From Saprospiraceae bacterium (lineage in GTDB: Bacteria; Bacteroidota; Bacteroidia; Chitinophagales; Saprospiraceae), in assembly GCA_041392505.1 (NCBI GenBank), contig JAWKLX010000015.1:101222-165221 (forward strand): DNA of 64,000 nucleotides. Direction: 5' to 3'. Below are positions 58,210-64,000 of this stretch, piece by piece. Below the pieces are notes generated by a model. It saw nothing but the letters and a program-made list of their open reading frames with translations. It had not been told where the DNA came from and ran no database searches. Within the stretch, counting starts at the first letter, position 1; every line of letters begins with the position of its first letter. The position numbers and the translations under genes are program-made.

Positions 58210-58746
58210 ATGTACACCATCCAAACAGAACGTCTCGGCCTCCGCAATTGGAAGCCCTCCGATTTTGACTTATTTGCTGAAATGACTGCAGATAAAGAGG
58301 TCATGGAATTTTTCCCAAAAACACTTTCCAAAGATGAGTCTTATGCCATCGCAAAAAGATTTATGGATCATTTTGATGAATATGGTTTCTGTTATTTTGC
58401 GGTGGAAACATTGGCCGACCAGCAATTTATCGGGTTCATTGGCTTGATGCACCAAACTTACGAAAGCTATTTTACGCCTTGTGTGGATATTGGTTGGAGG
58501 CTGCGGAAATCCGCATGGGGAAATGGATATGCAACGGAAGGTGCTAAGGCCTGTTTGGAATTTGCTAACCACCAAATTAATCTGCCGGAAGTATATGCTG
58601 TTGCTCCGAAATTAAATATTAAATCGCAAAAAGTGATGCAGAAAATAGGGATGGAAATGGTCGGAGATTTTGAGCATCCAAACGTTGAAAAAGAAAGCCC
58701 ATTACGGTTTTGTAATCTTTATAAAATAACGTTTGGTAAAACCTAA
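58210..58746 (+). CDS. GNAT-family N-acetyltransferase
   Basis: RLGLRNWKPSDFDLFAEM...IGFIGL...WRLRKSAWGNGYATEGAKACLEFA, a typical RimJ/RimL-like GNAT core. Confidence 0.75.
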   Translation: MYTIQTERLGLRNWKPSDFDLFAEMTADKEVMEFFPKTLSKDESYAIAKRFMDHFDEYGFCYFAVETLADQQFIGFIGLMHQTYESYFTPCVDIGWRLRKSAWGNGYATEGAKACLEFANHQINLPEVYAVAPKLNIKSQKVMQKIGMEMVGDFEHPNVEKESPLRFCNLYKITFGKT

Positions 58747-58981
58747 TTATTCTTCAAATTTTATTGCGGTCTCTGTCGAAATAGGATTGTTCGATTTCAG
58801 GCTGATCGTGCTGAATTTGCGGATGCCTTTGTATCTCCGCTGTCTGTTCCCTGCGCCCAATCAATCTTTGGGGCAGGAAAAAAAGTTTGCGCCATCACAC
58901 CTTTGGCAGCTTAGCCGATCGCACTTATTTGCTTTACCTTTGCGGACACTCCAAATTTTTAAACTATAAAGCCTGCATTTT

Positions 58982-59341
58982 ATGAGTTTGGTAAAAGAAT
59001 TCAATGACTACCGCACGAAGATGAACGAAAAAATCTTCGCCCAGAACAACAAGGCCCTCAACCGCTTTTTTGCTTTGGACAAAACCACCTACCAAGAAGG
59101 CGTCCTTGATGTAAAGACCAAGGAACTACTCGGTTTGGTAGCATCGATGGTGCTCCGCTGCGATGACTGCATCCGCTATCATCTCGGCACTTGCCATGAG
59201 CTTGGTGTGACGCGGGAGGAGGTCTTTGAGGTGTTTTCAATTGCCAACTTAGTGGGCGGTTCGATCTGCATACCGCATACCAGGCGGGCAGTAGAATACT
59301 GGGAGGAACTAGAAAATGGAGAATTGAAAATGGAGAATTGA
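58982..59341 (+). CDS. carboxymuconolactone decarboxylase/AhpD-like family protein
   Basis: TKELLGLVASMVLRCDDCIRYH, the AhpD-like CxxC...H core; 119 aa. Confidence 0.7.
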   Translation: MSLVKEFNDYRTKMNEKIFAQNNKALNRFFALDKTTYQEGVLDVKTKELLGLVASMVLRCDDCIRYHLGTCHELGVTREEVFEVFSIANLVGGSICIPHTRRAVEYWEELENGELKMEN

Positions 59342-59396
59342 AAATTAGCATTATCATTATTTTCAATTCTCCTTTTTCAATTTTCAATTCTCAATT
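59313..59396. repeat. tandem (ggagaattgaaaat)x2 overlapping the gene 3' end plus inverted copy (terminator-like hairpin)
   Basis: gaaaatggagaattgaaaatggagaattgaaaat ... ttttcaattctcctttttcaattttcaattctc. Confidence 0.6.
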
Positions 59397-59404
59397 ATTA
59401 AGAA

Positions 59405-61780
59405 ATGCTCGATTTGGACAAAATACAAACCCAAGGAACTTATTTACAACAACTTAACGAAGTGCAGCGCTTGGCTGTTACCACTACCGAAGGACCGGTC
59501 TTGGTGGTGGCAGGCCCCGGGTCGGGGAAGACGAGGGTGCTGACTTTCCGCATCGCTCATTTGATTGAAAAAGGGGTGGCCCCGTGGGAAATATTAGCCC
59601 TCACCTTTACCAACAAAGCTGCCCGGGAAATGAAAGACCGGATTGAAAAGGTCGTCGGAGCACGGGCGCAGCGGGTGTGGGCAGGCACTTTTCACAGCAT
59701 CTTTGCCCGCATACTTAGGTACGAGGCGGAACACATTGGCTACCCTTCCAATTTCACGATCTACGATTCGGACGATACCAAAAGCGTTCTCAATGCTATC
59801 ATCAAGGAGATGAACCTCAACAAGGAGCAGTACAATACGAACAATATCCGCTCCCGCATTTCCTCCTGCAAAAGCAACTTGATTACCCCAAAATTGTATG
59901 AGACCAAAGCCGACCTGCGCGAAGAAGACCGGATGTCGAAGCGGCCTTATTTTTATGAGATTTATAAAAAATACACCGCCCGTTGTAAGAAGTCGGGGGC
60001 GATGGATTTCGACGACCTGCTGTTCCGCCTTTTTGAACTGTTTCAAAACCACCCCGAGGTGGCAGACAAATACCGCAAACGGTTCACCTACCTGATGGTG
60101 GACGAGTTTCAGGACACCAATTATTTGCAATATTCCATCGTCAAAAAGTTTGTGAACTATGAGGGCAGTCCCCGCAACATCTGCGTGGTTGGAGACGATG
60201 CCCAGAGTATCTATGCTTTCCGTGGGGCCACCATCCAGAACATTCTGGACTACGAGCAGGATTTTAAAAGCTTCGGTATCCAAACTTTCAAACTGGAGCA
60301 GAATTATCGCTCGACCGAGCACATCGTAAAAGCCGCCAATGAGGTCATTTCCTACAACCCGAAGCAGATCAAAAAGACCATCATTTCGGAAAAAGGCGAT
60401 GGCCAGCGGATCAAGGTCATCAAGGCGATGACGGACAGTGAGGAGGGAAAACGGGTGGCCAGTTTCATCGTCGAACAAAAAAACAGGGAGCACCTCTCCA
60501 ACAACGAGATCGCTATCCTGTACCGTACCAATTCGCAGTCGAGGGTTTTTGAAGAATGGCTGCGCAATTACAACATCCCTTACCGGGTGTTCGGCGGTTT
60601 GTCATTTTACCAACGGAAAGAGGTCAAGGACATGATCGCCTACATGCGGCTCGCCATCAACCAGCGGGACGAAGAAGCCCTGCGCCGGGTCATCAACTAT
60701 CCGCGCCGGGGCATCGGTGATACGACCATTGAAAAGATCAGCGCCTTTGCCGACCAGTCGGGCAAAACGATGTGGGAAGCCCTTTTTGAAGTGCCCCTGC
60801 CTGCCCGTACCAAAAGCCAGATCGGCAACTTTATCCGCATGATCCAAGATTTTATCCAAAAAGCACAAGTAGCTGATGCTCATACTGTTGGCATGTACAT
60901 CGCCAAACAATGTGGCATCTTGGATGAACTGAACAAGGACAAAACTGTAGAGGGCATGAACCGGGTAGAAAACATCCGCAGCCTTTTGGACGGCATCAAA
61001 ACCTTCGTAGATAATGACGTGGAAGAGGTGAAGGATGAGGTCGTTATTGAGGAGGAAGAAGACCTGTTGGCGAAGGGCCCAGTGGACCAGTTCGATCGCT
61101 CCCTGTCTGGTTATTTACAAAACATCGCCCTGATGACCGACCTCGATGAGTCGAATAGCAACGATGATTTTGTGACCCTCATGTCCGTGCATGCCGCCAA
61201 GGGTTTGGAGTTCAAATCTGTCTTTGTGACCGGACTGGAGGAGCAGTTGTTCCCTTCTTTTATGAGCATGGACACCCCGGAAGGATTGGATGAGGAACGT
61301 CGGCTTTTTTACGTGGCCATCACCCGGGCGGAGCAATTTCTCACCCTGACCTATGCCAACAGCCGCTACCGTTTTGGCCAAGAGCGATTTAACTCACCCA
61401 GCCGGTTTTTAGATGAAATAGAAATGCAGCATTTGGATGTGGCAGTGCCCATTGGGAAAAAAGAGCGGACTTCCTTTGGCCGCACCGAATCAGGAATGGG
61501 TGGATCACCCCAGCGGCAGACATCAGGCGTTTCAGGCAATTTCAAACAACGGGTCGCCCAACCTTCTTTTCATATCGACCCAAAAGATTTCAAGCCCAGT
61601 CCATCGAGCACTATTGAGGCGGGGCAGAAAGTTCTGCACCTAAAATTTGGCAAAGGTCAGGTCATCGCCGTGGACGGCACCCGGGACAAGCGCATGGCTA
61701 CCATCGTTTTTGAAAATCTGGAAACGGAACAGCAAAAACGAATCATGCTGAAGTTTGCGAAGTTGCAGGTGTTGGAGTAG
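59405..61780 (+). CDS. UvrD/PcrA/Rep-family ATP-dependent DNA helicase
   Basis: Walker A (VVAGPGSGKTRVLT), motif II (LMVDEFQDTN) and the later helicase motifs (VGDDAQSIYAFRGA; YRS...; VHAAKGLEF...). The C-terminal extension is rich in KFGKGQVI. Confidence 0.85.
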   Translation: MLDLDKIQTQGTYLQQLNEVQRLAVTTTEGPVLVVAGPGSGKTRVLTFRIAHLIEKGVAPWEILALTFTNKAAREMKDRIEKVVGARAQRVWAGTFHSIFARILRYEAEHIGYPSNFTIYDSDDTKSVLNAIIKEMNLNKEQYNTNNIRSRISSCKSNLITPKLYETKADLREEDRMSKRPYFYEIYKKYTARCKKSGAMDFDDLLFRLFELFQNHPEVADKYRKRFTYLMVDEFQDTNYLQYSIVKKFVNYEGSPRNICVVGDDAQSIYAFRGATIQNILDYEQDFKSFGIQTFKLEQNYRSTEHIVKAANEVISYNPKQIKKTIISEKGDGQRIKVIKAMTDSEEGKRVASFIVEQKNREHLSNNEIAILYRTNSQSRVFEEWLRNYNIPYRVFGGLSFYQRKEVKDMIAYMRLAINQRDEEALRRVINYPRRGIGDTTIEKISAFADQSGKTMWEALFEVPLPARTKSQIGNFIRMIQDFIQKAQVADAHTVGMYIAKQCGILDELNKDKTVEGMNRVENIRSLLDGIKTFVDNDVEEVKDEVVIEEEEDLLAKGPVDQFDRSLSGYLQNIALMTDLDESNSNDDFVTLMSVHAAKGLEFKSVFVTGLEEQLFPSFMSMDTPEGLDEERRLFYVAITRAEQFLTLTYANSRYRFGQERFNSPSRFLDEIEMQHLDVAVPIGKKERTSFGRTESGMGGSPQRQTSGVSGNFKQRVAQPSFHIDPKDFKPSPSSTIEAGQKVLHLKFGKGQVIAVDGTRDKRMATIVFENLETEQQKRIMLKFAKLQVLE

Positions 61781-61839
61781 GGGATGTTCGATAAATATAA
61801 TTTGAAAAAAAATATTGCCTGAGGCCCCTCCTTTTACCC

Positions 61840-62496
61840 TTGGGTGGCAATAACAAAACGGCCAAACATTTGAACGAGGAAACTCAATATAAAGACGAGG
61901 AAATCATCGCAGCCATCCAAAGCGGTGAGAGGAACCGGGTCAATGGAGCACTCCGGTTATTATTGGATAACCCTGCAATGCGTGGCTCTGTCCGGAAAAT
62001 GGTACAGATGGCTGGCTTGGATGTACAGGAAACCAAAAGTCTTTTGATCGAGTCACTCGCTGAATTTTGTGTTAAAGTTGAAAAAGGCATATTCGACCCA
62101 ACTAGAGGGACAGCCATCCGGACTTATATTACCGAAATAGCAAAAAATAAAGCACTCACGGATCTCAGGACGGATATCAGGGAAAAAACTCGGATTGGCA
62201 AAGCCTTATCCGTGAATCCCGAAAACCCTATCCTGATCGACCACATCCATGACCCCGAACAAGCGCTTTTCCAAAAGGAACAACAAAATGCCATGGAAGC
62301 GGCCCTCAAAGCCATTGGTGAAAGATGCCGGCGAGTGCTTAAACTTCACCTCAAAGGGTTTTCGGGACAGGAAATCGCCAACGAGTTGAAGTTGACCCTG
62401 AGTTCCAGCAAGGATGCCCTGAAAACCTGCCGGAAAAAATTGCACCTATACCTGACCGAACACGACGACGTTCGGTTGGCAATACTTGGAAAATGA
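61840..62496 (+). CDS. ECF-type RNA polymerase sigma factor (sigma-70 regions 2 and 4)
   Basis: Region-4 HTH (RCRRVLKLHLKGFSGQEIANELKLTLSSSKDALKTCRKKL). The called start is TTG; the true start is uncertain (alternative TTG at 61873). Confidence 0.55.
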   Translation: MGGNNKTAKHLNEETQYKDEEIIAAIQSGERNRVNGALRLLLDNPAMRGSVRKMVQMAGLDVQETKSLLIESLAEFCVKVEKGIFDPTRGTAIRTYITEIAKNKALTDLRTDIREKTRIGKALSVNPENPILIDHIHDPEQALFQKEQQNAMEAALKAIGERCRRVLKLHLKGFSGQEIANELKLTLSSSKDALKTCRKKLHLYLTEHDDVRLAILGK

Positions 62497-63452
62497 ACCA
62501 TCCTTATGATTTCGAGGATATAGAAGATTATGAAAACGGCCGCATGAGCGAAGCCGACCGCAAGGCTTTTGAATTGGTTTTGTCGAAAAACAAAACGCTG
62601 CAAAAAGAATTGGAAGCGGTGCGGGCACAGGCAAACTTGCTCGTCTTCCTGCGGAAAGAAGCATTGATGGAGGAGATGGAGAAATGGGGAGATGGGGAGG
62701 GGGATGCCGAAAAAGAAATAGTGCCCGTCAAGGGTAAGGTCGTGCCCTTTAATTTACGGACAGTGCTGGCTATTGCTGCTTCCTTGGCGGTTTTGATAGC
62801 TGCCTATTTGCTATTTAGGGAAAATAATAAAGAGCCAGGATATGTTGAAAATCCGGTTGAGCATCCAGTTGATTCTGTAAAAAATTTACCTAACAATCAA
62901 TCATTGCCTCCTGTCATCGAAGCGCCGAAAGAAGAGGTTGTGGACAAAAAAGATCAGAAATCCCTGCAACAAAAACGACCATCGCAGAAGGTAGACAATT
63001 TAAAATTCAGCCAGTATGCGGATGCTGGCATTGAGCGGATAGCTGGCAGCCTTGCCTCTTCAGAAAAAAGGGCCATCAATCCGAATGACACCACTCGCTA
63101 TGATATAATGCTCCAACTTTTTCGGGAAAAACAATATGCTAAAATCGCCACAATGGGCGGGAGAGGGGATGAAAGGATAATCTATCTGCAAGCCATCTCT
63201 TTTTATCGGTTAAAAAAATACCGAGAAGCCGTCAGGGCGTTTCACACCATTTCGAGCAATAAAAATCTGCGTTTGGATGCCCAATGGGGCGAAGTCATGT
63301 CGCAAGTCGCTTTGCTGCCCACCTCCTGCCAAGAACTAAAAAACTTGCTGCAATCTATCCAAGACAGTGAGTTTTACCAATACCATCATTACAAAAAAGA
63401 ACTGGATAGTTTAGGCGAAACGATCGGGCTGTCTACCGCTTGTCCCAATTAA
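62493..63452 (+). CDS. putative anti-sigma factor (single TM, C-terminal TPR-like domain), translationally coupled to the sigma factor (ATGA overlap)
   Basis: 4-bp overlap with the sigma-factor stop; cytoplasmic N-terminus; TM LAIAASLAVLIAAYLLF; extracytoplasmic C-terminus. Confidence 0.4.
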   Translation: MNHPYDFEDIEDYENGRMSEADRKAFELVLSKNKTLQKELEAVRAQANLLVFLRKEALMEEMEKWGDGEGDAEKEIVPVKGKVVPFNLRTVLAIAASLAVLIAAYLLFRENNKEPGYVENPVEHPVDSVKNLPNNQSLPPVIEAPKEEVVDKKDQKSLQQKRPSQKVDNLKFSQYADAGIERIAGSLASSEKRAINPNDTTRYDIMLQLFREKQYAKIATMGGRGDERIIYLQAISFYRLKKYREAVRAFHTISSNKNLRLDAQWGEVMSQVALLPTSCQELKNLLQSIQDSEFYQYHHYKKELDSLGETIGLSTACPN

Positions 63453-63463
63453 TGGCTGAACGC

Positions 63464-64000
63464 TCACTTCCCAATTGGCCTCATGTCTCCTATTGGGATA
63501 AATGCTGCCCAATAATAGGGGTGGAGTTCCTCATTGGTGCCGCCCTTCCTTTCGAAGTACTCTAGTTGAGCCAGCCGCAGTGCTTCGTCTTTATCTTTTC
63601 CTGCTGCCAAATATTTGTAAAAATAGTCCATGATTTCCGCAGTGCGGGCGTCGTTCACCTCCCATAATGTGGTAAGGATACTTTTTGCACCTGCGTAGGC
63701 AAATGCCCTTGCCAGGCTGATGATGCCCTCGCCTCGGCGCAGCTTGCCCGTGCCCGTCTCGCAGGCGGAGAGCACCACGAGGTCGGCGTTTAGTTGTAAG
63801 TTATAAAGGTCACGGACGTAGAGCAGTCCGTCGTCGTTGGTTGCTTTTTGTTGGGAAAAAGCGAGAAAGGCATAGTCGCCCGAGCGGTTGTCGGCCCGCC
63901 CGTGCGTGCACAAGTGAAGGGTCTGGTACAAATGGGCGACCTCTCCAAAGGTATCCTTGAGCGCTGTTTTGCCCTCGTAAATATCTCCTCCTCCCATCCG
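63464..64000 (-). CDS. CHAT-domain (caspase-like protease) protein, C-terminal part; the N-terminus lies beyond the window
   Basis: HTHGRADNRSG...VLSACETGTGKL...ARAFAYAGAKSILTTLWEV with the catalytic His/Cys dyad context of CHAT. The ORF runs off the window end. Confidence 0.65.
   Translation of the reverse strand, partial: RMGGGDIYEGKTALKDTFGEVAHLYQTLHLCTHGRADNRSGDYAFLAFSQQKATNDDGLLYVRDLYNLQLNADLVVLSACETGTGKLRRGEGIISLARAFAYAGAKSILTTLWEVNDARTAEIMDYFYKYLAAGKDKDEALRLAQLEYFERKGGTNEELHPYYWAAFIPIGDMRPIGK

Overview
This 64 kb window looks like a Bacteroidota chromosome segment (inferred from T9SS type A and type B C-terminal sorting domains, hybrid two-component systems with AraC output, a GlxA-type regulator, a DUF1080 protein and a GtrA protein). 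It is a surface-protein-rich accessory neighbourhood with five main components.

- **Tail-fibre-like cassettes.** Two paralogous cassettes sit at 14.6-19.4 kb and 37.1-41.2 kb. In each, one or two Sec-signal-peptide proteins with internal repeats end in a phage tail-fibre intramolecular-chaperone domain (peptidase S74-like), and a T9SS-sorted beta-strand-rich protein follows immediately. I could find no described system that couples these two gene classes.
- **Surface and signalling proteins.** Two giant T9SS cargo proteins (1717 aa type A, 1954 aa type B) and three hybrid sensor kinase / response regulator / AraC genes.
- **Regulator and detoxification module.** A WYL-domain regulator sits next to a cluster of tRNA-like fragments and a roughly 300 nt GC-rich structured non-coding region. 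An HxlR / DJ-1 / F420-reductase module, a UvrD-family helicase, and an ECF sigma / anti-sigma pair followed by a CHAT protein (truncated at the window end) follow.
- **Hairpin repeat elements.** The non-coding DNA carries several families of hairpin elements. Three copies of a roughly 180-225 bp element have arm substitutions that compensate each other. A nested palindromic family recurs with a conserved CAGAGC loop. One GC palindrome pair is inserted in frame inside a histidine-kinase ATPase domain. Many genes end in tandem 7-9 bp repeats that pair with inverted copies.
- **Frameshifts.** At least 12 single-base frameshifts are concentrated in about seven genes between 7 and 21 kb, plus one at 39.7 kb. 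The about 27 kb of very long genes elsewhere is intact. This is either local pseudogene decay or assembly error, so gene boundaries in that stretch are approximate.

No CRISPR array, transposase or integrase was recognised.
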